DNA from: Dehalococcoidia bacterium
GTDB taxonomy: Bacteria > Chloroflexota > Dehalococcoidia > Plut-88900
DNA: 64,000 nucleotides
Assembly: GCA_965249275.1 (NCBI GenBank)
Contig: CBDFLQ010000007.1
Coordinates: 768,001 to 832,000 of the forward strand
Direction of reading: 5' to 3'
Shown here: one piece after another, positions 9,947 to 20,139 of the stretch
Position numbering within the stretch: the stretch's first letter is position 1
Layout of the letters: every line of letters starts with the position of its first letter
Position numbers and translations under genes: made by a program
Notes under the pieces: generated by a model
Databases searched by the model: none
Told to the model about the DNA's origin: nothing
What the model saw: the letters and a program-made list of their open reading frames with translations, nothing else

Positions 9947-11245
9947 CTAATCGTATAGGTGGGCCGGATAGTCCATGCCCACGTGGCCTGCATCTTCTAA
10001 TCTCTTGTATTCCGTCTCCGTCACACCCAACAGCTCCTTGAAAACGTACTCGTTGTGCTCACCGAGCATGGGTGCTGGGAGCCTGATTCCGTTGGGTGTC
10101 TCCGCCATTTTCCACATCATGCCAGTATAGGCATGTCTTCCGGTCGCCGGCTGCTCCAGCTGCTCGAAATAGCCGCGGGCCACCATTTGAGGGTTTTCGT
10201 AAAGCTCCCGCTGATCGTTGACAGCGCCCGCGGGCACACCTTCGGCCTGGAGCAAGCTCATTAGCTCAACGTGGTCCTTGTCAGCCATCCATTCTTCAAG
10301 GTGGCCATCGATCTCCTCCTGGCAGCGGTAGCGCCCAAGAACCGTATCGAACCTCGAGTCCCGGGCCCAGGTGGGGTTGCCCATAGCTTTCTTCAGTGCC
10401 ACCCACTCTTCGTCACTCCCCACCGAGATTACAAGCCAGTTGTCCTCGCCTCTGCACCTGTAACAGCCCTGGGGGGCACGGGAGGGGTGGGAGTTGCCCA
10501 TAGCGCTCTGGGTGCGTCCGTTCACCTGCCAGTCGAGAGTTGACTCCGGGACATAGCTAAGTATTGCCTCGGTAGTTGCCACCTCCACCAGCTGCCCCTG
10601 TCCAGTCCTTTTGCGATGACACAGGGCCATGAGGACGGCAAACGCCCCGGTTACCCCACCAACGGCATCACCCAAAAATGACGTGCCGGCGTCCGTGAAG
10701 GGCCCGTCCCTGTACCCGCGTATCCACGTGTGCCCGGCCGTCGACTCCATCTGCGGACCCAACGCTCTGTACCTGGCATAGGGGCCGGTGAGCCCGTAGG
10801 CCGGAACGCGTACCATTATGATGTCCGGTCTGGCTTGACGCAGCTGATCATAGCTGGCGCCAATCTTGTCGTAGGTCTGGGGGACGTTGTTCTCGATCAC
10901 CACATCCGAAATGGATGCAAGCTGGAGATGGGTGTCCATGATGTCGGGGGCGGGTATATTCGAGGTCATGCTGAGCTTGTTGCGGCCGTGAATCTGGAAA
11001 ACCGCGTTTCGGTTCCAGTGGCGTTCCCCGGGGATTTCGTCGGGGTAGCTGCTTGCCCAATCGTATAGTCCGCGATCCATCGGTAGGATGCCGGTAGCTC
11101 GCGTCCCGTACTGGAATATGGAGATCGGCTCGACGCGAATGACCTCGGCGCCCCAGTCGGCCAGGAGCTGCGTTCCAAAAGGCCCGACCCAGGCGAGGGT
11201 CATATCGATGATCCGCACGCCTTCCAAAGGCAATCGCGCAGACAT
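9947..11245 (-). CDS. Class III CoA-transferase (CaiB/BaiF), catalytic-type subunit
   Basis: PLEGVRIIDMT...GPFGTQLLADWGAEVIRVE; GD(AVGG) at the active-site Asp position. Confidence 0.92.
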   Translation of the reverse strand: MSARLPLEGVRIIDMTLAWVGPFGTQLLADWGAEVIRVEPISIFQYGTRATGILPMDRGLYDWASSYPDEIPGERHWNRNAVFQIHGRNKLSMTSNIPAPDIMDTHLQLASISDVVIENNVPQTYDKIGASYDQLRQARPDIIMVRVPAYGLTGPYARYRALGPQMESTAGHTWIRGYRDGPFTDAGTSFLGDAVGGVTGAFAVLMALCHRKRTGQGQLVEVATTEAILSYVPESTLDWQVNGRTQSAMGNSHPSRAPQGCYRCRGEDNWLVISVGSDEEWVALKKAMGNPTWARDSRFDTVLGRYRCQEEIDGHLEEWMADKDHVELMSLLQAEGVPAGAVNDQRELYENPQMVARGYFEQLEQPATGRHAYTGMMWKMAETPNGIRLPAPMLGEHNEYVFKELLGVTETEYKRLEDAGHVGMDYPAHLYD

Positions 11246-12480
11246 TAAACAACCCCCTCCTGTCGCAGCATAGACAGCTCCCGGCGGCTCAATCCAAGAA
11301 TCCCGCAGTAGACATTCCGGTTGTGCTGGCCGATGGCCGGGGCGGGCCTACCAATCTGCCAAGGCGTACGATGCATGATCATGTGACGACTCGGAAAAAC
11401 TCGATATCCATGCGGGGTGTCCTCGACACCAGCCCATACGCCTCTCGCTCGGAACCCCGGGTCGGAGGCCACGCCTGCCGGATCGTAGAGCGGGGCTGAC
11501 AGGGTTCTTTGGGCCTGACTCTGTGCCCAGCTCTCTCCCTGGGTGCGGCCCGCCACCCATTCTGCCACCATCGCATCCAGCTTTCGTATCACGCGTGGGT
11601 TTGCAAGAGCCGTTGTCACGTCGACACCATTCTCTTCGAAGAAGTCCGGTGCGTTAAGAAGCTCAAGGAGCCTTGGGAACCTTCCGGCGGACTGCACGTC
11701 CATATACCCATCTTTACCAGGATAGACCTGGGAGAACCCCTTACTTTCGCCGGCGTACCGAGAGTACCGTCGGCCGGTGTATACGTGACTGAGCAAAAGC
11801 GCCGACTGTCTGTCGATAGTTCCGGCCTGGGTCTCCATAATCGATATGTCCAGGTGATCCCCCGAGCCCCCATGCCCCATCTGCCGGTACAATGCCGTAA
11901 GCGTGGCGATGGCAGCGACTTGGCCGGCGAAATACATCCCCACCCGTCCCCCGTGTTTCACCGGCTCTCGGCGGGCGGCGCCGGTGAAAAGCATGGGCCC
12001 TCCGGTCGCATACTCCACTATCTCCGTGGCCTTGTGATTTTTGTAAGGCCCGTTCTGTCCGAAATTGGAGATGGAAGTGAGGACCACGTTGGGGTTGATC
12101 TGCTTTAGTCGAGAGTAGCCCAGCCCGAAGCCTTTCATTACGCCCGGCCTGAAGCTCTCAACTATCACGTCAGCCCACAGGGCCAGCTCTTCAAAGAGTT
12201 TCACAGCTGCCGACCGTTTAAGGTCAAGCGTGACACCGAGCTTGTTCTGGTTCAGGAACTGGAATAGTGCGCTGGACTCGGCGTTGGGGAGGTCATTGTG
12301 GAACGGGCCGAGCCTACGCCCCGGATCACCGTGACCCGGCCTTTCAACCTTGATGACCTCCGCACCGTAGTCAGCAAGGAGCTTAGTGCAGAACGGCCCT
12401 GCGGCGTAGTGGGTCAGGTCCAGAACCCGTGTCCCGGTAAGGGCTTGTGGAGCAGGGGCGGTTTTAGGACGTTCCAACAT
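11245..12480 (-). CDS. Class III CoA-transferase (CaiB/BaiF), partner subunit
   Basis: ALTGTRVLDLT...GPFCTKLLADYGAEVIKVE, LNQNKLG, SISNFGQNGPY; start moved to MLERP. Confidence 0.9.
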   Translation of the reverse strand: MLERPKTAPAPQALTGTRVLDLTHYAAGPFCTKLLADYGAEVIKVERPGHGDPGRRLGPFHNDLPNAESSALFQFLNQNKLGVTLDLKRSAAVKLFEELALWADVIVESFRPGVMKGFGLGYSRLKQINPNVVLTSISNFGQNGPYKNHKATEIVEYATGGPMLFTGAARREPVKHGGRVGMYFAGQVAAIATLTALYRQMGHGGSGDHLDISIMETQAGTIDRQSALLLSHVYTGRRYSRYAGESKGFSQVYPGKDGYMDVQSAGRFPRLLELLNAPDFFEENGVDVTTALANPRVIRKLDAMVAEWVAGRTQGESWAQSQAQRTLSAPLYDPAGVASDPGFRARGVWAGVEDTPHGYRVFPSRHMIMHRTPWQIGRPAPAIGQHNRNVYCGILGLSRRELSMLRQEGVV

Positions 12481-12557
12481 GATAGTTGCGCTAATATAGC
12501 GGGGCGGATGTCTTTGGGCAATAATGTAGCTGCACATCTGCCCCCTGGAGACTACAT

Positions 12558-13490
12558 ATGGCAAAGCCGAAGTTCGGGTTTCACTACAGCCGTATCGAGA
12601 ACGTAATCCCTCCCCCCGACTTTGCGCATCTAGCCGAGGAGATGGAGTTTGACTCGGTGTGGGTGCCGGAGGCCCTGGTGAACGAGGTTCCGGCCGGGGA
12701 CATAATGATGACCATGAGCGCCCTGGTGCATCACAGCAGCAGCATAACCGTCGGGGCTGGGGCGGTGCTGCTGCCGTTGAGAAATCCCGTTGTGCTGGCC
12801 AAGGAGTTTGCTACGCTGGACATACACTCGGAAGGGCGGATCATAATCGGGTTCGGGGTGGGTGGACCTCCCGACTCCCACCCCGACGCCTTCGAAGCCT
12901 GCGGCGTGAGCATGCGGGAGAGGGGCAACCTCACCGACGAGGCGCTGGAAATCATGACCAAGCTCTGGACCGGCGAGGCCGTCGATCACCAAGGGAAATT
13001 TCAGAGCTTTTCCAACATCCGCCTGGAACCGAGGCCATATCAGCGTCCTCACCCACCCCTCTGGGCAGGAGGCGTATCCGAAAGAATGCTGAAGCGGGCG
13101 GCCCGTTACGCGGACGGTTTCTATCCAGTGCGCATCAACGCAGAGGAGTTCGCCGTATCCTGGTCGAAGATAATGCGATACGGAGAGGAACTGGGAAGGG
13201 ATGTTTCAGGAATGTCCCGGGCCATACATCTCTTCTATCGCATAGGGAGTACGCGGGAGGAAGCCCTGGCAGCAGGCGAGACGGAGTTAAACCGTCGGCG
13301 CGGGTTCGAGGTTTCTTTAGTCGACGATGGCAGATATGCCTTCGGGACTGTGGGCGATTGCACAAGGACGGTGGAGAGATTCCTGGATGCAGGTGTAGAC
13401 CACATAGTGTTCAACGCCATGACGCCTGCAGATGAGGTGCCGGAACAGCTAAACCTGCTGGTCGAAGGAGTGATATCCCGGTTCCGCTAG
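12558..13490 (+). CDS. LLM-class flavin/F420-dependent oxidoreductase
   Basis: FDSVWVPE, LAKEFATLD, GRIIIGFGVG, PRPYQRPHPPLWAGG. Confidence 0.92.
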   Translation: MAKPKFGFHYSRIENVIPPPDFAHLAEEMEFDSVWVPEALVNEVPAGDIMMTMSALVHHSSSITVGAGAVLLPLRNPVVLAKEFATLDIHSEGRIIIGFGVGGPPDSHPDAFEACGVSMRERGNLTDEALEIMTKLWTGEAVDHQGKFQSFSNIRLEPRPYQRPHPPLWAGGVSERMLKRAARYADGFYPVRINAEEFAVSWSKIMRYGEELGRDVSGMSRAIHLFYRIGSTREEALAAGETELNRRRGFEVSLVDDGRYAFGTVGDCTRTVERFLDAGVDHIVFNAMTPADEVPEQLNLLVEGVISRFR

Positions 13491-13497
13491 AGACCAA

Positions 13498-13770
13498 TCA
13501 CTCCGCCGAGATCGCATCCCAGAGCACCCAGCCTTCCTTTTCTTCACCATAGCGGACGTGGGCCCGCTGAGACAGGGAGCCATAGACGTCCTTCTGCTCT
13601 TCGAAGACCGTGACCTGAGTCGGGGCGGTGATCTCATGAAGGACCTGGGAGCCCTCCACCGCGCTCATGGGCTCGCTCCAGACCCGCACCACGCCGTTCC
13701 ATTTCTTTAGTATCGACTTGGTGACGTTGGCGCTGTAAGGCTCTACCTGTTCAACTTTGTTCATCGACAT
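13498..13770 (-). CDS. Small hypothetical protein, possibly SH3-like beta-barrel
   Basis: Overlaps the dnaJ 3' end; C-terminal [11 protein letters not shown] resembles SH3b. Confidence 0.6.
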   Translation of the reverse strand: MSMNKVEQVEPYSANVTKSILKKWNGVVRVWSEPMSAVEGSQVLHEITAPTQVTVFEEQKDVYGSLSQRAHVRYGEEKEGWVLWDAISAE

Positions 13771-14866
13771 CTTCTGTGGATCTCCTTCTTAGCTGCCGGT
13801 AATCTTCCAGCAAGCGCCTCTCTTCATCGCTAAGGTCGGTGGGCACTCCCACCCTGATCACCACGTACTCGTCACCGGTGCCCGAGCCCCTGAGATGGGG
13901 CAGCCCGTGCCCCGAAAGCCGAAACGTAGTCCCGTGCTGAGTGCTCTGCGGAAGGGTGACGGTCAGGGGTCCATCGAGGGTGGGAACGTCAACATCACCT
14001 CCGAGGGCTGCCGTCGCAATGTCTACCTCTTGTCTGACGTAGAGGTCCTGTCCACGGCGTTCGAAGCGGGGATCAGGTGCGACGTTGAGCACGACGAAGA
14101 GGTCACCGGGCAGGTCGGGGCCTGCTTCACCCTCGCCCGTCACCCGGAGCGCATGTCCATCCTCCACGCCCGCAGGCACATCCACCTCCAGGTCCACCGT
14201 CTCGACCGTCTTGCCCCGGCCTTCGCAGGTTGCACACGGCTCGGTGATGACCCTTCCGTTGCCCCGGCACGTCCCACAGGTCAATATCTGGCGCACCACC
14301 CCGAATCCCGAGCGCTCCTCCCGGACGGTGCGTCCCGACCCCCGGCACGATTCGCACTCTCCCTCTCCGCCGGCCTCCGCCCCCGAGCCCCGGCACCCGG
14401 CACAGGTCGAGGCCCGGTCCAGGGTAATGGTCTTCTTGAAGCCGCTTGCCACGTCATCCAAGGTTAGTTCAAGGTCATAACGGATGTCGGCGCCCTTGCG
14501 GGTGCGTTGGCGTGTCCTTGTCCGTCCACCGAACATGCCCCCGAAGGAGTCTCCACCGAACCCGAACAGGTCGCCCAGCCCGAACTCGCTGAACAAGTTG
14601 GAGAAGTCGACGCCACGGAAGATGTCTTCCTGGCTGAACCCATCAAGTCCGGCGTGGCCGTATGAGTTGTAGAGCTCGCGCTTCTTGGGGTCGTTGAGGA
14701 CGGCGTAAGCCTCATTGACGTCCTTCATGGTCTCTGCCGCAGAAGCGTCCCCCGGATTCCGGTCCGGGTGATACTTCATGGCGAGGTTGCGATAGGCTTT
14801 TTTTACGGCCTTCGCGTCGGCGTTCCGATCGACCCCCAGGACCTCATAGTAGTCCCGCTTGGCCAT
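13751..14866 (-). CDS. dnaJ: Class A DnaJ chaperone
   Basis: [13 protein letters not shown] motif, G/F region, four CxxCxGxG repeats. Confidence 0.96.
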   Translation of the reverse strand: MAKRDYYEVLGVDRNADAKAVKKAYRNLAMKYHPDRNPGDASAAETMKDVNEAYAVLNDPKKRELYNSYGHAGLDGFSQEDIFRGVDFSNLFSEFGLGDLFGFGGDSFGGMFGGRTRTRQRTRKGADIRYDLELTLDDVASGFKKTITLDRASTCAGCRGSGAEAGGEGECESCRGSGRTVREERSGFGVVRQILTCGTCRGNGRVITEPCATCEGRGKTVETVDLEVDVPAGVEDGHALRVTGEGEAGPDLPGDLFVVLNVAPDPRFERRGQDLYVRQEVDIATAALGGDVDVPTLDGPLTVTLPQSTQHGTTFRLSGHGLPHLRGSGTGDEYVVIRVGVPTDLSDEERRLLEDYRQLRRRSTEDVDEQS

Positions 14867-14870
14867 CGGG

Positions 14871-15029
14871 TTAGCCTCCGGTGTATTTCCAGCTCACCTT
14901 GTCCCAGGTGTACGAGGCCGTATTGCACGCATTGCAGAGGACGGTCGTCACATCACCCTCGACTTGGTGACGTGCGCTGGCCAACTTCTTACACTTATTG
15001 CAATAGACCTTTTTTCTCGTTATGTTCAT
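14871..15029 (-). CDS. 52-aa zinc-ribbon microprotein
   Basis: Manual translation [52 protein letters not shown]; two CxxC; stop 4 nt before the dnaJ ATG. Confidence 0.75.
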   Translation of the reverse strand: MNITRKKVYCNKCKKLASARHQVEGDVTTVLCNACNTASYTWDKVSWKYTGG

Positions 15030-15110
15030 GTAATACGCCTTAGCGACCTATTTGACTGTTGTCCTAATCTTCCGATACAGAGCGAATGGCGCGGGGCACG
15101 GCCCCGCACT

Positions 15111-15317
15111 TTACTTTTTGGCTGGCGGGTGCTGCCGGAATGCGGGCTTGGAGGGAATCCTTATGTAGTAGTCCACTTTGGAGGCCGTCGCTGACATCAG
15201 TTTCTGCCCCCCGACGCCACAGGTTGGACACGGGGCCAATTCATCCGCCCTGCTGATGGGCCTCATCAGCTCGAATTCCTTGCCGCAATCGGCGCAGTAG
15301 TATTCGTATATAGCCAT
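15111..15317 (-). CDS. FmdB-family zinc-ribbon protein
   Basis: MAIYEYYCADCGKEFE...CPTCG. Confidence 0.9.
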   Translation of the reverse strand: MAIYEYYCADCGKEFELMRPISRADELAPCPTCGVGGQKLMSATASKVDYYIRIPSKPAFRQHPPAKK

Positions 15318-15350
15318 GAAAGGTCTCCTGGAACAGGTGAAAGGGTGCTG

Positions 15351-15590
15351 CTACTCGTCCTCTTCGGGCTTCCAGCCCGTCTTTTCGAAGACCTCCTGCA
15401 GCTCCTGGATGCGGCCCTTGACTATATCCTGCACTTTGGACTCTATGTCCGGAGTGATAATCAGGAGCGCTATCTGGTTTTTACGATGCCAGACCTGCAG
15501 GTTTCCAAAGGTCTCCTGTACCCAGTAGCCCTTCTTGACCTGTTCTTCGATCAGGTAATCGGTCGGGGCTATGTCTTCAATATCGGCCAC
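15351..15590 (-). CDS. Hypothetical protein
   Basis: GTG start after GGAGG; co-oriented with FmdB/dnaJ. Confidence 0.7.
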   Translation of the reverse strand: MADIEDIAPTDYLIEEQVKKGYWVQETFGNLQVWHRKNQIALLIITPDIESKVQDIVKGRIQELQEVFEKTGWKPEEDE

Positions 15591-15755
15591 TGTTGCACCT
15601 CCAAAAGGGATCGGGCTGCCAATGGTTCCGCCGCCCGACTTTCGCCGAAGATAGTATACGTTGTCGGGGGAGTAAGTAAAGAATACGACGCTTTAGGCCA
15701 AGGGAACGGCAATTGACGGCTTTGCCAAGTGCTTTCCACTATGAGTCCCGTTAAA

Positions 15756-17063
15756 TCATTCCACGTGGGGATGGTACTCGTTGCCTATGTGGCCCATTTC
15801 CTCCAGCGTATCGTATTCGGAGTCGGTATAGCCCAAAAGGTCTTTGTAAACGTATTCATTGTGCTCACCGAGCCTCGGCGGGGGCGTACGGATAGCGTTT
15901 GGAGTCTCCGAAAGACGACCTATTATGGAGGGGTATTCGTGCTCCCCTGTGCCTGGCATCGAGATACGCTGGAAGAACTCCCGACCCCGGAGCTGCGGGT
16001 CATCATAAACTTCCCGGTGATTCGACACCTGCCCCGCAGGCACTCCCGCCTCCTGAAGCATCGACATCAAATCTCCCTTGTTTCGCTCGCGGGTCCACTC
16101 CGAGATCAGGGCGTCCAGTTCATCCTGGTTCTCATACCGGCTCAGGTAGCTAGCGAATTTCCTGTCGGCGGTCCATGACGGGCTGCCCATAACGCCGCAA
16201 AGCGCATCCCACTGCTCTTCCTTCTCGACAGCAATCACGATCCATTCGTCATCCCCCGAGCACGGATAGCAGCCGTGGGGGACCATAGTACGGTGCCGAT
16301 TCCCCAAGGTACGGTGGACCCGTCCATTCGCCAGCCGGTCTATGTTTACCTCGCTGATGTAGGACGTGAAGTTCTCCACCTGTGCCAGCTCGATCATCTG
16401 GCCCTTGCCGGTGCGCTGCCGATTCCTGAGGGCCATCATCACGGCAAGGGCGCAGTTTATCCCTCCCGCTGCGTCGCTGTAGAAGATGTCGGTCTGAAAA
16501 TCGAGGCTAAGATCAGGGTAGCCCCGCAGGCTGGCATGCCCCGAGACACCATCAATGTGGCTGCCGAGAGTTCGATATGTCCTGTAGGGTCCCTGCAGAC
16601 CAAACCCCGGCATTCGCACCATGATGAATCCAGGGTTGACCTCCCTGGCCCTTTCATAGGAGATGCCGAGCTTGTCGGCGGTGGTCGGCACGTTGTTCTC
16701 TATCAGCACGTCGGCGACGTGGAAAAGCCTCTGGAAGACCTCCTGGCCTCCGGGAGCGCCCAGGTTAACCGTCATGCTCTTCTTGTTGCGGGCATGGACG
16801 TTGAACGAAGGAGTCCTGTTCCAGGGCATGGGGCCCGGGTCCCATTCAGGATAGGCAGTATGCCAATCCGTGTCCGCAGAAATTTCGGCTTTTGATACCC
16901 GGGCCCGTTGACCGCGCGCCATCGGTTGGAAGTGGTCGATAGGCTCCAGGCGTATGACCTCGGCGCCCCAGTCTGCGAGCATCTGAGTGGCGTAGGGGCC
17001 CGCCCAGACAAGCGTTATGTCCAGGACCCGTATCCCATCCAACGGCAGCTTAGAGTTCGTCAT
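15756..17063 (-). CDS. Class III CoA-transferase, catalytic-type subunit
   Basis: True start MTNSKLPLDGIRVLD; SD(AAGG) active-site Asp; paralog of 9947-11245. Confidence 0.92.
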   Translation of the reverse strand: MTNSKLPLDGIRVLDITLVWAGPYATQMLADWGAEVIRLEPIDHFQPMARGQRARVSKAEISADTDWHTAYPEWDPGPMPWNRTPSFNVHARNKKSMTVNLGAPGGQEVFQRLFHVADVLIENNVPTTADKLGISYERAREVNPGFIMVRMPGFGLQGPYRTYRTLGSHIDGVSGHASLRGYPDLSLDFQTDIFYSDAAGGINCALAVMMALRNRQRTGKGQMIELAQVENFTSYISEVNIDRLANGRVHRTLGNRHRTMVPHGCYPCSGDDEWIVIAVEKEEQWDALCGVMGSPSWTADRKFASYLSRYENQDELDALISEWTRERNKGDLMSMLQEAGVPAGQVSNHREVYDDPQLRGREFFQRISMPGTGEHEYPSIIGRLSETPNAIRTPPPRLGEHNEYVYKDLLGYTDSEYDTLEEMGHIGNEYHPHVE

Positions 17064-17086
17064 GTACCTATCCGAGTAGAGGCGCC

Positions 17087-18292
17087 CTACACTACGCCTG
17101 CCTGTTTCAACTTGGAAACTTCTTCCCTGGAGAAACCCAGGAGGCCCCCGTAAACCTCCACGTTGTGCTGTCCAAGGGTTGGGGCGGGGCGGCGCATGGA
17201 CCACAGGCCTCCGTACATCTGGAACGACTTTCCGGGAATCCGCACCATGTCTCCGGGGGCCCTTTCGACGGTAGTCCAGTAGGCTCGGGCACGGAAGTTT
17301 GGGTCGGCGGTCAGAAGGGCGGAGTCGTAGACCGGCCCCGAAAGAATTCGGGACTCCTGGGCGGCGGCGAAGGCATCTGTTACGGGGCGTTCCTTCAACC
17401 ACGGGTCGAGCAGCGCATCGAAGAAATCGTGGCTTTCAGGCAATGAACGCGCCTCCATAGTGGCGAAGAGGGGCTCTTCCATTAGCTCGGGCATCCCTAA
17501 CATGTTCAATCCCTTGGGTATCAGATTGGCATCAGTGAACATGTTGAGATAGCCGTCCTGACAGAGGTGGACGGAGCCGCCGCCACTCTCTAAGGTCTCC
17601 CGCCGGGTGACGAAACCTGCGTACTGGTAGGCCAGGAGCATCGCGGAGGTGCGATCTATGCTCCCTGCCTGCACCTCCTGGATCGACTCGTCCACGTGCT
17701 CTCCCACACCTCTTTCGGACGTGCCTCTGAGCGAGATCATCGAGTGCAGAGCGCTCATGATGCCGGCGTGGAACTGAACGACGTGCGCCCCCACCTTCAC
17801 GGGCTCGCGGGACTGGAGGCCCGTCACGTACATCAGCCCCGACATTGCGTAGTACACAGCATCAGAGGCCTCGTATTCGCTGTAGGGGCCGTTCTGCCCG
17901 AAGTTGGATATAGAGGTGAGCACGATGCGAGGGTTGCGCTGTTTCATGGCCTCGTAGGAGAGGCCCATGGACGGCAGGGTCGAGGGCGAGAAGGTCTCGA
18001 CAACGAGATCGGCCCACTCGACCAGCTCCATGAATATCTTGGCCCCGGCGCGGGTCTCGGGGTCCAGGGTCACGCCCCGCTTGTTGTTGTTGAGGTAGCG
18101 GAAGAAGCCGCTCTTCTCTACGCCCGGCAGGTCGTCAATAAAGGGAGTGGAGGCTCGGCCGGGGTCCCCGGTCGGGGGTTCGACCAGAATGACGTCCGCC
18201 CCGAAATCAGCCATGAATTTCGTGCAGACGTGTCCGGGAATACGCCGGCTGATGTCCAGGACTCGTAGGTCTTGAAGCGCCTGATCGTGCAA
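17087..18292 (-). CDS. Class III CoA-transferase, partner subunit
   Basis: ALQDLRVLDIS, ADFGADVI, LNNNKRG, SISNFGQNGPY; paralog of 11245-12480. Confidence 0.9.
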   Translation of the reverse strand: MHDQALQDLRVLDISRRIPGHVCTKFMADFGADVILVEPPTGDPGRASTPFIDDLPGVEKSGFFRYLNNNKRGVTLDPETRAGAKIFMELVEWADLVVETFSPSTLPSMGLSYEAMKQRNPRIVLTSISNFGQNGPYSEYEASDAVYYAMSGLMYVTGLQSREPVKVGAHVVQFHAGIMSALHSMISLRGTSERGVGEHVDESIQEVQAGSIDRTSAMLLAYQYAGFVTRRETLESGGGSVHLCQDGYLNMFTDANLIPKGLNMLGMPELMEEPLFATMEARSLPESHDFFDALLDPWLKERPVTDAFAAAQESRILSGPVYDSALLTADPNFRARAYWTTVERAPGDMVRIPGKSFQMYGGLWSMRRPAPTLGQHNVEVYGGLLGFSREEVSKLKQAGVV

Positions 18293-18435
18293 TTCAGTGC
18301 TTCCGTTCGAACCGGGAAAAGATAGTCAAGATTCTATCACCACCGTAAACCTGCCCGATTCCACAGCTAGAGAGCATGGTGAACACGCTGTGCTCACTCA
18401 CAAGTGTGTCAATGAAGGACCGGCTCCCTCAGCCC

Positions 18436-18948
18436 CTATTCCGGTCCGACCTCGTCGGGGATGTACTCATCCTGTACTTCTACGGTGAGCCAGTTTTCGA
18501 AGCAGACGCCGCTGGAAAGGCTGGTCACACCAATCGTGGCCCGGCCCCCGAGTCCCCGCGCCTCACCCAGGACCTCGACGAACAGGTCGGTGGCGCCGCT
18601 GGACACCCTGTTCACGTCCGTGAAGTCGGGCGTACACACGACGAAGTTCAACGACCTCACGATGGCCACTATCTTGTCCAGGTCCCCGACTGCGTACTTG
18701 ATGCCCGCAAAGCAGTGGATCGCCGTGAGCCGTGCCGACTCGTAGCCCTGCTCAATGGTGACGTCCTTGCCCAGGGTCCCGATACCGACTGGCCCGCCGT
18801 CCTTCCAGGGAACGTGGCCGCTGAGGTACAGAACGTTTCCCACCCGGTGGTGGGACTTCATGGTGCCGAAGGTCGCGCCGGGGTAACCTTCCTTCGAGTA
18901 ATCGGGCAGAGTGATGCCCATCTCGGCCAGCTTTGCTTCTACTCTCAT
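18436..18948 (-). CDS. RidA/YjgF (YER057c/UK114) family protein
   Basis: VEAKLAEMGITLP, LYLSGH, GATDLFVEVLGE...GGRATIGVTSL. Confidence 0.85.
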   Translation of the reverse strand: MRVEAKLAEMGITLPDYSKEGYPGATFGTMKSHHRVGNVLYLSGHVPWKDGGPVGIGTLGKDVTIEQGYESARLTAIHCFAGIKYAVGDLDKIVAIVRSLNFVVCTPDFTDVNRVSSGATDLFVEVLGEARGLGGRATIGVTSLSSGVCFENWLTVEVQDEYIPDEVGPE

Positions 18949-18972
18949 GGCTGAGACCTCCGGACCGACAGG

Positions 18973-20139
18973 CTAATCAAATACCCTGATGATGTCGTAG
19001 GACGTGGTGCGCTGGGCGGGGATACGGCCAATGTCCTTAATCAGGCTCTGGAAATCCTCCGGCGACATGTACTGGCCGTAAGGCGCGCCCGCCGACCTGG
19101 ATATCTTCTCATTCATCAGCGTGCCGCCGAAGTCATTGGCCCCTGCGTTTAGGCAGACCTGGGCGAACTTCTGTCCAAGCTTGACCCACGACACCTGGAT
19201 GTTCTTAATCCAGTTGTTGAGCATGATTCGGGACACGGCGTGCATCCTCAGGTCTTCCATGCCTGTGGGCCCGGGTCTCACCCCGCCCTGCAGGTAAAGG
19301 GGCGAGTCCCAGTGAACGAACCCCAAGGGCACGAACTCGGTGATTCCGCCGGTCTCCTTCTGGATGTCCCGGATAAGGGCAATGTGGTTGGCCCAATGTA
19401 CCGGAGCGTCGATGTGGCCATACATGATGGTGGAGGTGGATGGCAACCCGACTTCGTGGGCGGTCTTGATAATCTCCACCCAGTTCTCGGCGCTGAGCTT
19501 GTTCTTGGTCAGGCGCTGCCTTATCTCGGTGTCGAGGATCTCGGCGGCGGTGCCAGGAATGGAACCCAGGCCTACTTCTTTGACCATGAGCAGGAAATCT
19601 CGGATGCTCAGGCCCGTCTTCTTGCTGCCGTACTGCACCTCGAAGGGCGAGAAGGCGTGGACGTGGATGCCCGGGACCCGCTCCTTGATGGCGATCAGCA
19701 TGTCCCGGTACTCGTAGCCGGTCATCTTCGGGTGGAGTCCGCCCTGCATGCAGACCTCCGTAGCTCCCGCCTCCCAGGCCTCCTCGGCCCGGTCGGCGAC
19801 CTGTTCAATGGTCAGGGTCTCAGCCTCTTCGTCACCGAAGTGCTTGGCGAAGGCGCAGAACTTGCAGCCCGTATAGCAGATATTGGTGAAGTTGATGTTG
19901 CGCACCGTAACGAAGGTGACCATGTCGCCGACGGTACGCTTTCGGAGCTCGTTGGCGGCGGCGCAGAGAGCGTGAAGCTCCAGGTCCTTTGCGTCGAAGA
20001 GCTTTATGGCCTCTTCCACCTCGATATCTACGCCGTTTAAGGCCCTGTCCAGGATACGCGCCGTTTCCGGCTCGACGGCCGAAAGAAGCCGGTCAAGGCT
20101 GGATTCAACGACTCCGGGAAATGCAGTATCAATTACCAT
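18973..20139 (-). CDS. cofH: FO synthase subunit CofH (radical SAM)
   Basis: RNINFTNICYTGCKFCAF, EVCMQGG, SIPGTAAEIL, NIQVSWVKLG, ANDFGGTLMNE. Confidence 0.94.
   Translation of the reverse strand: MVIDTAFPGVVESSLDRLLSAVEPETARILDRALNGVDIEVEEAIKLFDAKDLELHALCAAANELRKRTVGDMVTFVTVRNINFTNICYTGCKFCAFAKHFGDEEAETLTIEQVADRAEEAWEAGATEVCMQGGLHPKMTGYEYRDMLIAIKERVPGIHVHAFSPFEVQYGSKKTGLSIRDFLLMVKEVGLGSIPGTAAEILDTEIRQRLTKNKLSAENWVEIIKTAHEVGLPSTSTIMYGHIDAPVHWANHIALIRDIQKETGGITEFVPLGFVHWDSPLYLQGGVRPGPTGMEDLRMHAVSRIMLNNWIKNIQVSWVKLGQKFAQVCLNAGANDFGGTLMNEKISRSAGAPYGQYMSPEDFQSLIKDIGRIPAQRTTSYDIIRVFD

Noticed and set aside
15756-17402. 548-aa N-terminally extended CoA-transferase
   Set aside because: The extension overlaps the upstream gene in another frame; the family N-terminus begins at 17063.
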